64,000 nt of DNA, from NCBI RefSeq assembly GCF_018350175.1, contig NC_058383.1, positions 2,170,001-2,234,000 of the forward strand. Direction: 5' to 3'. The position numbers and the translations under genes were made by a program. Positions within the stretch are counted from its first letter, which is position 1, and every line of letters starts with the position of its first letter. Of this stretch, positions 38,426 through 50,800 are shown piece after piece. The DNA is from Felis catus. Lineage: Eukaryota. The notes beneath the pieces are model-generated. The model was not told the DNA's origin, searched no databases, and saw nothing but the letters and a program-made list of their open reading frames with translations.

Positions 38426-40160
38426 GTTCTTGGGGTCGTCTCCTTGGAAAACACAAGCACAACGACCGATCTTGCCTTCGTGGCCCTGCCCGCTGGCCAG
38501 GCCCCTCCGGTCATGGCACACATGGCACACATGGCACACATGGACGCCACGCGGGGCCTTGTTCTCCAGGGCCTGAATGACGAGTGGGTGGAAATGCCCG
38601 TTGTTTGAGTGACGGGTGGGAGGAGCCTCGCCCCAGGAGCAGGCAGGCCCCCAGCGCTCGCCCAGCCCCTGCAGACCCTTAGCTCCGACCCCGGGACCCA
38701 GGGGAGGGTGGTCGGGTCACTGGGGAACAGACCCCAGGCGTGAAACAAGCCAGGGGCGGCAACAGATTCGGTCCAGTTACCAGTCGGTCCAGTGGGAAAG
38801 ACGAGAAACAAGAAAATGGACTTCACAGCCCACAGACCAAACCAACAAAAGACTAAATCGGCCTAGCTTTCCGGCTGGGCTTTTTTTTTCTCAAGCTGTT
38901 GTGTGGACGGAGCCTGACCGGGTGGTCCCGGCGGCTCGGGGTGGACGACCACGGACGGGCTCTAGCTGGTTGTGGCGCCAGAAGCTTCCTGGCCACGGTG
39001 AGGAGGGCCAAGCGTTTCCCCAAAGAAGAACACATCCTACTCCCCAAGGTTCGACCTCAGAAGGGCTCCAGCCGGCACACTCAGTCCAGGCAAGAGCGAG
39101 CTTCCTCACGCCAGCTGTGTGGCCTGTGGACCTGTGGAGAGTTGGATGCCCGGCCTGGGGACACGGGGCTCTTCAGACGCCCTTGACGTCCCCCCCCCCG
39201 ACCGCGAGCCTGAGGCTCTTCTCGTTCCCATCAACAAAGGCTGACCTTGCAGACAAAGGGGGGGGCTCTGTGTTTGTGTGGCACAGGCTGGGCGGGAGCC
39301 GGGGCCTGCACGCGGCAAGGGCCCGGGGCACCCCCGTCACCTGCGGCCCGCGGGTGAGCCCAGCACCCCTGCCCTGCCCGGGGCCTGGGGACAGCTGTGC
39401 CGCTGCACTTCTCAAAGGCAAACCTGATGGTACTTCGTGGTTAGGGTTTGGTGCCTTTTAAGGCTTGGCCTACCCAGTGACAGGGTCTCGCCAGACTCCT
39501 TCCTGGGCACAGCACCTCTTGGGCACGGGGCCCTGGCGGTGGGGACGATGGTGGGGGAAGGTCTGCGTGGAGAGGGGCAGGAGGAGGAGCCTGAGGAACA
39601 TGAGCTCCTCTTGGGGCCCCGATGTCCTCGTGTCTCACGAGACTTGGAGACGCCGTATCCTGCCACAGGGGTCTGTCACGTGTGTCTCTTCCAGAAAGTA
39701 CTTCGCCTACTTGCCGGGTGGAGATCAGAGCACGCGGTGCCAGAGAAGGCGGTGGCGGGAGAGGAACGGGGTGCCGTCAGCGCGGCTCCAGACGAGGCGG
39801 GTGTTCCCAGCTCACGGCCGGAGGCCAGGAAGCGGCTGCCGAGACCGCGTCTTTGCAGGGCCCCCGGCTGGCCCGTCCCAGGCAGAAGCGTCTGTCTGTC
39901 TGACACCGAAAACTGCGCCGCCGGCCCTTCCCGGAGACGAGATCATTCAGGATTCCCTGAACAAGCAACCAAACAGGCGACCAGACCAACAGAAGAGGCG
40001 CACCGACCAGGCTGCTGAGGTGTGTGTGGAGCACGGAGCTCTTTGCTAACAAGGTAGAATACTCGTAACTGTAGTTCCCACGTCCTCTAGGACACGCTTC
40101 GTCCTCCAAACCCCGAGCTTCCCTGCAGGGCCGTCGCCGCATGAGGGGCAGGCCCGGAAC

Positions 40161-40273
40161 CTAGGGCGGGGAGGTGGCCTTCCTCGGAGGCACAGCCGGG
40201 GCTACCACGATCTCGTCGGAGTCGTCAGAGCTGCCGTCGTCTGCGGGTCCCGGTCCCGAGGGAGAGGACGGCC
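40161..40273 (-). CDS. IQCE: IQCE last coding exon (GPSSPSGPGPADDGSSDDSDEIVVAPAVPPRKATSPP*)
   Basis: Acceptor ttccttgcag|GG, TAG at 40161-40163; SDDSD-IV-AP C-terminal motif. Confidence 0.9.
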
Positions 40274-43200
40274 CTGCAAGGAACCAGAGCGGGGTTGTCA
40301 CCGCAGCTGCTCGGGGCCGGGGCGTGCCCCGGACACTTGGCACAGCACCTGCTCCCTGCCGGGCAGGAATGACCTTCGGCGTCAGCGTCACCCGGCCACA
40401 AACCACCTCAGCCTCCGAGCTCAGCTCTGGACACCCGGGCTGTTGCCAAAAGGCAAACACCCTCAAAAGGTGAGGCTGGCCGACAGCGAGCAAGCTGGAG
40501 CGCGACTGGGGGTCTCTGAGGGCCGCCCCCACCGCGGCGCCCCGAGCCCGCGGCCTGGGCGGGAGCTGCGACCCAGCGCTGGCGAGGCTGGTGGCCAGCT
40601 GCGTGTGTAAGAGCCCGCTTCCTGGTGGCACGCCCACCTGGGGAGACGGGCACGCGGCGCCCGGTGGCCCCTCCCCCACACTCTTCATGCACAGCAGCCT
40701 TCCAGAATCCCGTCTCTGCTGGAAGGGGGCGCCCGCTGCAGACAGCCTGCGCCCTGAGGGGCCTGAGGAGGGGCCAGAAGCGGGCGAGGGATGGGAGGGA
40801 GGCCCGCCCTCTGCCCGGTGAGGGGCAAGGGGACGGCCGGTCGCCAGTCGCCGGTCGGGGGGAAAGCGGGAAGGAAGCCAGGCTTGGCCGCACCGAGGCG
40901 TGTGACTGCACAGCTGGCCTCTAGCGCTTTCCAGAGAATATGAGAGGAGAGCCTCAGGACGCTCAAACATCCGTTTCCAAGGTTATCTTCAAAAACACGG
41001 TCACGATCGGACCAAACGGGGCCACACGGCCCTGCCGGGAACTGAGGGCGGTGTGTGCGGTAACGCCCCTTGGCAGGAGACGACACCGTCCTCAGGAGGA
41101 GGGGCCTTGGGGGGGCCGGGAGTCCTCGATGGCCCACCCGGCTCCGCGTCTTCCGGGGCATCCCGGTGCTGCTGCCCTTGGCTCTTGACACGCGGGGGCC
41201 TGTGGGGCACCAGAGTTCGACGTCCGCGAGCCCCGACAGCCCGGGCTGAGCAACTGCAAGGGACGCAGCCCGCTCTCCCATGTGGTGACTTCCCGGGCGG
41301 ACACGGTGGCAAGCCCTTGGCTCCTCAGGACATTCTCCGAGACCCAGCCCCCTGAAGGCTGCATCGCCCCCACTCACCGCAGCGGGGCTGCAGGGCTGCT
41401 GGATTCCCCGGAGCCTCGTCCTCGGCCGCCGGCCCCTCCGCGGTCTCCCCGCCGCTCGCCTCACTGTCCTCTTGACCTGAAACGACACGCAGACCAGAAG
41501 TGCCGGCCCTGCACGCGGCCGGCGTGGGACACGGGCAGGACTCGTCCCCTCCCCCCGTCTTTCCACCCCAGCACCCGGGTTTTGGCTTCCTTTGCTGAGG
41601 TTTCCTGACATGAAGCCCCGCTCCCCGCCTGTCCTCAGACTCCATCTTTGTGACCTACGAGCTCGGGACGGGAAAGTTGCTGGAAACGTTCCCACGTGAG
41701 CGCCACGTGGTGACCGCGTACCGCCCTCACTAACAGGACCTCAAGACTGCGTTTCTTGGTCCAGTGACCGTCCCAAAGCTCCCAGCACCGCCTTCTTGCT
41801 CATCGGCAGCATCACAGTACGAGTGTGAGCAAGTCACAGCATAGGAAGGGGGAGGGGAGGCCGGAATCGCGGGGCCCGAAAGCAACGTCCAGGCTCTCGC
41901 CAGGTGTCCGCCTCACACGCGAGGAGACGGGCCCTGCCCGGGACCCCACGTCCGCCGCCGGGCAGAGCTGACTGGGCCTCACTGCTGGGGTGCGGCGACC
42001 CTGTCAGTCCCAGGGATGTCTGCACTGTCTGGGGGCCTTGATGAGGCCGAAAAGCAGACACACGCGAAGCTTTACTTAAAACCGACAAACAGGAAAAGCA
42101 TTGGTCCAAAGGAGGGAAACCACCAGCTCCAGTTGGAGCCAAGGATAAAAACCAAAGACACGCGAGCCACGGAGCTCCAACTCTGTGGCCCGCAGGTGCC
42201 CGGAAGCCGCCGTCACTGACCCCGGGGCCGCCTCCAGAGGTCCAGGATCTCCCCGATGCAGCCTCCCTGCTGGTAGGCGGTCACAGTGGACAAGCCCCCA
42301 CATGTGCCCACACACGCCACGCTTTCGGGCAGTGGCAGCTCTTTGCTGGAAGCTCAGAGGGCCGGGGAAATCGAAACTGAAGTGACGTTACCAGGAGAAG
42401 GGGCCGGGCAGGGTGGCGAGGAGAGCTGGCTGTGTGCGGCCGGAGCGGGCTGCCTCCTTCTGGGGGCTGCGGCGACGGCTCTCTGACCGGCGGCGCTGCA
42501 AGAGAGAGGCCAGCCGCTTGGACTTCACAGAACGCCCCCGTGGGCTGAGGCCCACGGCGGGGCTCACGGATGCGCGGGAGGCCGGCAGGGCTGGTGCACG
42601 GCCGGGGTCAGGGCCAGACGCCTTCCTTTCCCACTGTCTCCCATGCCTTTCCGTCCCAGCGGACACGGTCACCGGCCGTGATGGCCGCGCCGGGATGGAC
42701 CCTGACCTGCGTGGAGCCCCCGGCCGTCCCCGTTCAGGGGGAACCAGAACCATGAGATTCGGGCTCCACCCGGCTCTCCTGTGGCAGAGAGGAACCAAAA
42801 CCGAGACCGGAGAGGAAGGGCAGAGTGAGGAGGGGCAGGGAGCCTGAGCCCTGCAGCAGAACAGCCCCAGCCCCCTCCTGAGGGACACTCCCCCGCCTCG
42901 GTGCAGAACCCCCCCCCCGCCCCACAACAGCTGGGAGGGGCTGTGACTTTCTGCAGCCGGTGCCCCCGCAGGTCTGGCGCCACAGTGCCACTGAGAAGGA
43001 GAGAAGGGGCGCTGCCCTGGGAGGGTTCTGATGACGCCCGCGCCTTCCCGAATGCCGGGGTCACGTCACATTTTCTTCTAACAAGGACGATGCGTTAGGA
43101 CGAGCCGACCAGCCTACAAAGTGGCGGGTACCGGAACCCCACGGTGTCTGGCCCCTTCTTCTGGTTTACCCCAGCCCGGGGGGGCCGTTCCGGGAAAGCC

Positions 43201-46200
43201 AGAACTCACGGGTTACCCCCACTGCACAGGCAGGAGGAACTCCTCACGGGGTGTTTCTGTTCGGGTGACAAACCAAGGTCCCAGCTCCTACACCCTGTGC
43301 CCGGGCACCACGGGCCGGCCACCCGGACGGGCAGCTCCCCACACCGTGTCTGCGGCCGGTGTTTCCCAGGGATACAGAACAGAGTTGGGCCCGCCGGTTG
43401 GACTTACCTGCGCCTGACCCGTGCCAGGTGCGCCCGGAGGACGGACTGGATGGCGGTGATGGCCTCCTCCTGTCCCGGGCTGCCCTGGGCCTGGACGGTG
43501 GGGCTGGGAACACGCGGTGACGGAGGGTCCTGCGGCAAAATGACAGTGAGCGTGGCAAGGGACCCCGCCTGGCCCTCAGAGAGCCAGGTGCGAGCACGGC
43601 CCCGTTCCGGGTGGCTCGTCTGGCTACTGTGTGCTTAGCACTTCCTGACTCTCAGACTCTGGAGATTCTTAAAACGGATGTCTTGTTTTCACAGAGTAAG
43701 AAGACGCTCATCTTTACCGCGTTAAGATTATACCCTAATCGTGAGATGGACGTGTACCTAGTACGTAGGCACCAGACGTTACATCCACCTGGGGCCTGCC
43801 TGGCCCGATGCGCCCCGCGACGGACAGTAAGGTGCAAGGTAGGACACCGCGACCAGAAGATGCCGTGCTGCCTCGGTGGGTGAGGCACCGGACGCGGAGA
43901 CGGGGAGAGGGCGGCTAGCGGGCCGCCGTGTCCGGCCCCGGGGGTTACCTGTCTGGGCGGGCTGGGGGGTTCTGAAGCACACGCCTGGCTTGACTGGCTT
44001 GACAACAGCTTCACCCGCGCTAGATGTCCCCTGAACGCTGCCTGAAGCACCACGGCCGCCTGGCAGGGAACGGGGAGAGAGGGAAGTAGACGTTAATTCC
44101 CCTGCAAGGTGGCAGCTGCGGAGGAAGGGGGATCCGGGGGGGAAAAGCCCTAGCAGCAGAGAAGTGACTTCTCTCACTATCGCGTAACCACGGCCTCTCC
44201 GTCACTCGCCTGGCGTCTCCCCCAGGGAGCAACAGACCCATCGTCTGGGCAGAGAGAGGCACAGTCGCCCGATCCCGCGGGAAAGCACATCATCTGTTAG
44301 ATGCTAATAAACTTAGCTGCCAGTGTGTGTGCATATTTTACAGTAGTTAGGTTTCCGTGCTGGGTAGTCTATACCACATGCTTTCCGTACACGTGTTCCA
44401 AGAGCGGGCAGGGCAGGGGCGCCTGGGTGGCTCTGTCGGTTGAGCGTCCGACTTCAGCTCAGCTCCTGAGACGGTGTGTAAGTTTGAGCCCCACGTCGGG
44501 CTCACTGCTGTCAGCACAGAGCCTGCTTGGGATCCTCTGTCCCCTTCTCTCTACCCCTCCCCCACCCGTGTTTTCGTTCTCTCTCAAAAACAAGCAAGCA
44601 TGAAGAAAACACAAAATCAAGCAGGGTAGAGCACGATCTCACTGCTGCAAAGGAATTATTTATCCTTTGAACTTAAATAATTTCTTCAGACGCACATGTG
44701 GACGCCCTCCTGAGTTCTGCAGTCAGGGTCGTGGGTCTCGGGGGCAGCAGCCACCAGCCCTGGGTGAAAACGTCACGTCGTGACAAAGGATTTCGGCTTT
44801 CATGGCATTTTAGGGGAACAACACGCTTAGTACGTTGAGTCCTGACACATCGTGTGTTTAGACACCTAGAGGCTTCCAGAATCAGTCACACACAAAAAAA
44901 AACCCCAAACACCTTTGCTTTGTCCCTATGGAGGACAAGGTAAAGCAGACGTCCTGAACTTGGGGTTAAGAAACAGGCCCCACAGGGGCGCCTGGGTGGC
45001 GCAGTTGGTTAGGCGTCCGACTTCAGCCAGGTCACGATCTCGCGGTCCGTGAGTTCGAGCCCCGCGTCAGGCTCTGGGCTGATGGCTCAGAGCCTGGAGC
45101 CTGTTTCCGATTCTGTGTCTCCCTCTCTCTCTGTCCCTCCCCTGTTCATGCTCTGTCTCTCTCTGTCCCAAAAATAAGTAAACGTTGAAAAAAAAAAAAA
45201 AAAAAAGAAACAGGCCCCACAAAGGGCACCTGGGGGGGCTCAGTGGGTTAAGCGTCCGACTTCGACTCAGGTCATGATCTCGAGGTTCGTGAGTTTGAGC
45301 CCCGCAACGGGCTCTGTGCTGCCAGCTGGCAGCCTGGAGCCTGCTTCGGATTGTGTCTCCCTCTCTCTCTGCCCCTCCCCCACTTGCAATGACACTCTCT
45401 CTCTCTCTCAAAAGTAAACAAACATTAAAGAAAAAAAGACAGGCCCAACAAAGTGTGGTAAGGGGACCTTCATCAAGGCAAAATCAAACAGGCAAACGCA
45501 CGTGTAGACCGACCCAGGGGGCTCGCCACACGTGGACAGCAGGGACCTAGGGCTCCTTACGGGCGACACGGGCTGAGGGTGGTGGCTGCTGACTTACGCC
45601 AACCACAGCTCGGCCGCACCGCACCTGCCTGGAGAGGCAAGGACGCTCGGGCCTGGGGCGGCACCGAAGACCGCAGCGGAGCACGACAGCACGGGCCGGC
45701 CGGCTGGTAGACGCGCTCCAGGGTCCCTGGAGGAGTCCCAAGCTCACCCATTCACCCACTTATTGCACAGATTTGCCGAATGCCTACCATATGGCAGGCC
45801 GCGTCCTGGGAACTACGGACATAGTGGCCCAAAGGCAGAGTCAGTCTTTGCCTCCGCGGAACCTCCACTGCAATGTGAGACAAGCAGTTTGCAAAGAAGT
45901 AAGCTATCAAAATATCAAACAGGGATAAAAGCCACAAGGAGAAATAAAGCAGGACACGAGGCCGGAGTGATGGCTGGCACGGGGTATTCAGAGAGGGTGT
46001 CAGTGAGGAGGTAATGTTTCGATATGGACCTGTGTAAAGCAAGGGGGCAAAACGTGCAAATATCTGGAGGAAGAGCCTTCTAGGCAGAGGGGCAGCAAGT
46101 ACAAAGGCCCTGTGGCAGGAATATGCTGGTGTTTTCGAGGAGTGTTAAAGAAGCCTCCAGACTGGCTAGAGAAGAATGAGCAGGGCTGGAGGGGTCGCCA

Positions 46201-47799
46201 GGGCACTTGGCACGGAGGGTGTTCAGGCAGCGGCTTTGGAATTTGCTCCAAGTTGAGAGCAGGTCTCATGCGGCGGTGGGTGTTATTTAACACGTAAGAC
46301 GTGTCACCCCGGAGGCTGCGTGGGGAACAGGCTGGTGGGGAAGGCGACAGCAGCAGCAAGGGGCCGTGCGGGTCTCAGACTCCGTCAGTCCCGGCACCTC
46401 CCAGCCCGCGTCCAGCCGCTCACACACACCTGCTCTCCCCCCGGGCAGGCTGTGCTCCTTCGCACACCCGTCTTCTGCCTGGAGCCCTTCCTCTCAGCCT
46501 GGGAGCCCCCACATTCCCCAGACCCCACGGCACACCTGGACACGAGCCCTAAACCACACCTGCCACCTTGACCTGCGACGACCCATCTGCTGTTTGAGTC
46601 AACAGCTTTTTTGAGTCCCGAGGGCCTGCCGGGTTGCCTGACTCTGAACTGATGACCGAGAAAAGTGTGTTGGAAGAAGGAATGATTGAATGAATGAATG
46701 AATGAATGAATTTGAAGGTGTGAAGCTACCCAAATAATTCATTTGATGTTGATACCACTTGGGGCTGGTCTGATTTCACGAAACCAAGTGCCTGTGATGC
46801 TTCCTGAGACATCCCACTGGGACTTTGCTCCGGTGCAGAAATACATATTTTGAAACGGATGAAATAAACTTTGCTTACCTCGTCCAGGACGGCCTTTTTT
46901 TTCTGGAATAAAGAGATAAATCATGAATTACCACAAGGATGAATTTGTTACAGTAGTATTCATTTCCTGATCCTGCCCCTGCCCCTGCCCCAGTCGCCAT
47001 GGGTGAAAAAGCAGAGGCGGGGTACCAGGGCACTCCCCTCAGAGAGCCCCCTCCTTGCCACCCACACCCCAGGGGGCTCCGTGCGTCCCTGTTCCTCCTC
47101 CGCCTGGCTGACAGTGCTGAGGGGCCAGCAGCCATAACTAGACGGCCGGCTTTCTCAGGGCGGGTCACGGTTAAAGACGAGACACCTTGGTGTCGCCTGC
47201 GACTCTCGGCCAGCCCGTGGCAGCCGGCTCCGTGAGACAGCGTCTCACGAGCATCAACACGTGTGCGTGTCTTCGGCTCCAGGCGGGGAAGCTCCTCCCC
47301 ACGGCTGGAGCTGTCTTGACACGGGTGCCCTCTCTGGGTGCTCACACGGGCTGGGCACTGCCTGCTGGAGAAATTACAAAGGGGACCCCGTCCACGGGTC
47401 TGGGTCACTGGCCCCCAAATCCAATCCGTCGTGAGAAGCATCCAGGGACTTGAGAAAAATCAGCTACACCCAAGACAGGCTGATCCAGAGTCAGCACAGA
47501 TGAGACCCAAGAATATGTGTTTTTATAGCCCAGGTCCTTCCAGGGTGGGGACCCCAGGATGATACATGTGCCTGTGGTGGACCGTGGCCATCGTCGATAA
47601 AACGTACATTAACCAGCTCATTTTCAGTATTAATCAGAGTGCACAGCCCACAGCTGTTACAGAAAAGGATTTATCCCTTGACAGATGAAGGGAAATGGAG
47701 TATGAGGACCAGCAGAGTGGAGAGGGAGGGAGGGAGGGAGGGAGGAAGGAAGGAAGGAAGGAAGGAAGGAAGGAAGGAAGGAAGGAAGGAAGGAAGGAA

Positions 47800-47840
<41 letters not shown>

Positions 47841-50800
47841 GGGGGAGGGAGGGAGGAAGGAAGGAAAAAAACACGTTTGATAACAGTAGTGGTCGAGACC
47901 GGCAAAGATAATCTCAAGCAGCAGGCGAGGACAGGAAAGTACTGGTGGGGACACGGGGCGGGGAGTGAGGACGTCTCACGTGAAGCCTGAAGAGAGCAAA
48001 GTGGAGGCGTGGGAATGTGCCGTGACACACGGAGAAGATGGAATCATGTTGCCCGCGGAAACGGCCTCTGACTCAGGAGACATGCCGGTCCGCGGCCGGC
48101 TGCAGGCCCTGGCCAGGGCAGCCTGCGGCTCACCCCAAAGGTCGCTGGGCACCTGGGTGGCTCGATGGGTTAAGTGTCAGACTCTTGATCTCGGGTCGTG
48201 ATCTCACTGTTCGTGGGATCGAGCCCCACGTCGGGCTCTGCACTGACAGTGTGGAGCCTGCTGGGGATTCTCTCTCCCTCTGTCTCTGCCCCTTCCCTAC
48301 TCTCTCTCAAAATGATAAACTTGAGAAAAAAGCTTAGCTGGGTGTGGGGCACAACCACACTGGCTGGGAGGGCTCCAGGCGAGTCCAGGGCCTTCCGGCT
48401 CACGGCCTCAGACACCCTCGAACCCCAGCGTGAGCCCGAGACGTGCAGACCAAGCGGACCCCAGAGGGAGGTCCCAGGACTCTGGTTTCCGACCAAGTGG
48501 CCTTTCAAATGCTTTGTACCTACATGTCGGTACGTGCATTTCCTTTTATTCTGAGTTCTTTCAAAGCAGAATCCTCAAGGAAGGAAGGATTTAACTCATG
48601 AGACTCGAAGCCCCAGCTCCTGGGTGGGGGGGGGGGGGCGAGCAGGGGGAGGAAGAAGCCAGTGCCTGGTGGGTGGGAGCAGGGAGCAAGGTGGACACGG
48701 CAGGTGCCTCGGAAACGGCGAGCTCCATCCGGTCTGGGGTGAGGAGGACCGGGAGCCTGCGACACCTCCTTGTGCCAGAAAGCGAGGGTGCGCCAGCAAG
48801 ACCAGAGGCACGGACGGACGGACGGAGCCAGACGGAGCGCTCCCACTGACCGAACGTGGGACGGGCTGAACGCTACCAAGGTAACAGTAATCCCTCTTAG
48901 ACGCAGTGATGCCGCCGCCCCGCAGAGCGTGGGGGGAGGGAGTCTGGCCGCCGGAGCCGCCACCACACAGTTCCCTGTCCTGCCATCAGTGCTTACCTAG
49001 TACTCGAGGGAGGACAGCAAAGCCTTGACCCTGCCTTTCCAGAAGGCCCCGGGGCTGTGCTCTGCGGACCAGCTGATCAGGAAAACTGCTTTACGGAAGA
49101 GTGCCGGCCACTAAGCAGGGGGGGATCTGAAGTCATCCCGCAACCGTGCGAAACGAAGGGCTGAGCTAAGGCGCGTAAGGCTGCTGGGGCCACCGGTGAA
49201 AGGCACGTCACGGGTTCATCAGCGGGGAAAGGCGTTTCTTTACAGCGGCAAACGCCGGCAGCCGCACCACCCAGTGCCTGCAGCTAGATGTGGCGGGACC
49301 GCCCGGGGTCACCTGTGGGAAGGGAGACCGTGTGCCCGGAACCACCTGGGGGGTGCTCTGGCCAAAAATGTTCAACCTGAAGCGAGTCAAGCCTGTGGAC
49401 CTAACCTGCCCCTTCCAGGAGGTAGAGGGGACCGACAACAAGTGAAGGGGCATCCTGGGACACCTGGAGAGGTCTGAATATGCAGGCGACACCAGGTGAC
49501 ATCAGAGTCATGGCTGCGTCTCTGGGGCATCTGACGGCACGTGCTGCGGTCCGCTAGGACATGTCCTCGTGCTTACACGATGCAAGCCGGACCCTCGTAA
49601 CGCCTGAGCCTCACGTCCACGTGGCGCTGGGGAGGAATGGTCGGAATAGAAAGGAAACGTGCCTACGTGTCGACTACGGGTGGGTCGGGTCGGTGGCAAG
49701 AATTCCTGGAATGCCCGGAAGTCTTCCAGCCCTTCTAAATGTCCTGTGAGTTTTCGTGATGAAAGTTTGGAAGAAACAGCAATTTAAAAAGCCCTCTTGG
49801 CAGCCTTCTGATATTCAGGCATGGAGGGGCCTCACCGGGGTTTGTTGGTTCCCTCGGGAGAAAGCGCCCTGCCGTGTTCTACAAAACCAAAAACCGGGGA
49901 GCTCTCTCGGGGCATGCCATGCGGCTGGCGCAAGGAGACGGCCCCCTCGTCCCAGGAGCTTAGGAGAGGGCCCCAGTCCCACCCCCCCCCCCACGGCCAT
50001 GAGACAGCGCCATGAGACGGGGGCTCCCTGGGCCCCTCGCCCCACTCTCCCCAAGCACAAAGGCGCTCGGCAGATACACAGCCCCTGCCTCCCTCCTCCC
50101 TCCGGCTGGGAGGCAGGTTTTTCAGTCACAATAAAATGGCCCACAGCCCAAGCTGCTTCCTCCCAGGCGGCCGCAGAAAAGGGGCTCCTCTGGGGGTTTC
50201 AATTCCAGTTGCTTCCGAGATAGATCCGCTTCACTGTGGATCCCATGCTCCGGCCCGTGCTCAGAGGGACGGGCGGTGATTCCAGAATGCGGCCCCCCGT
50301 GTGCACCAGGTCACTTCCTTCCCCGCAGGACCCGCTCCCTCCACCGTGGGGCCAGGTGCTGGTGTCTCCCTCACCCCCGCGACATTGTCCTCAGCCGTAT
50401 CCACGCTGTCCCTCCTGCACGTTCCCACATGCCAGCTGCATACAGCACAGAGACCGCGCATCGAAGGGGCCCCAGGGGCACAGACCACGGCAGGGCCTTC
50501 GTGGGCTCTCACCTGGTGTCTGTATACCCTCCACCGGCTCTGTAGGATCCTGGCTGCCGTGTCTCTTCGCCCCTCGGAGCAGGTGGAGGGGGGCCGGGAG
50601 AAGCCCTCCTCGCTTGTATCTGGCTCAGAGTCCTGCTGAGAGGGCCTGCTGGTGGGAAGGGAAGGTCGGGGTTCTTCCGGGGTCTGCAGGAAATTCAAGG
50701 TGCAAAGGATGATTAAGCCTGGCAGGGAGGACGGGGATCAGGTAAGGCGGCACGATACAGGCAAAGCTCGTCAGAACGGGCTTTCAGTTTAGAGGAAAAA

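Noticed and set aside
44985..45070. tRNA-like A/B boxes at SINE heads considered as tRNA genes
   Set aside because: These are the tRNA-derived heads of CAN-SINEs, followed by (CT)n and poly-A tails, not cloverleaf tRNA genes.
47634..48028. ORFs with FLPS/GRKE repeats
   Set aside because: They are translations of the GGAA/GAAA microsatellite.
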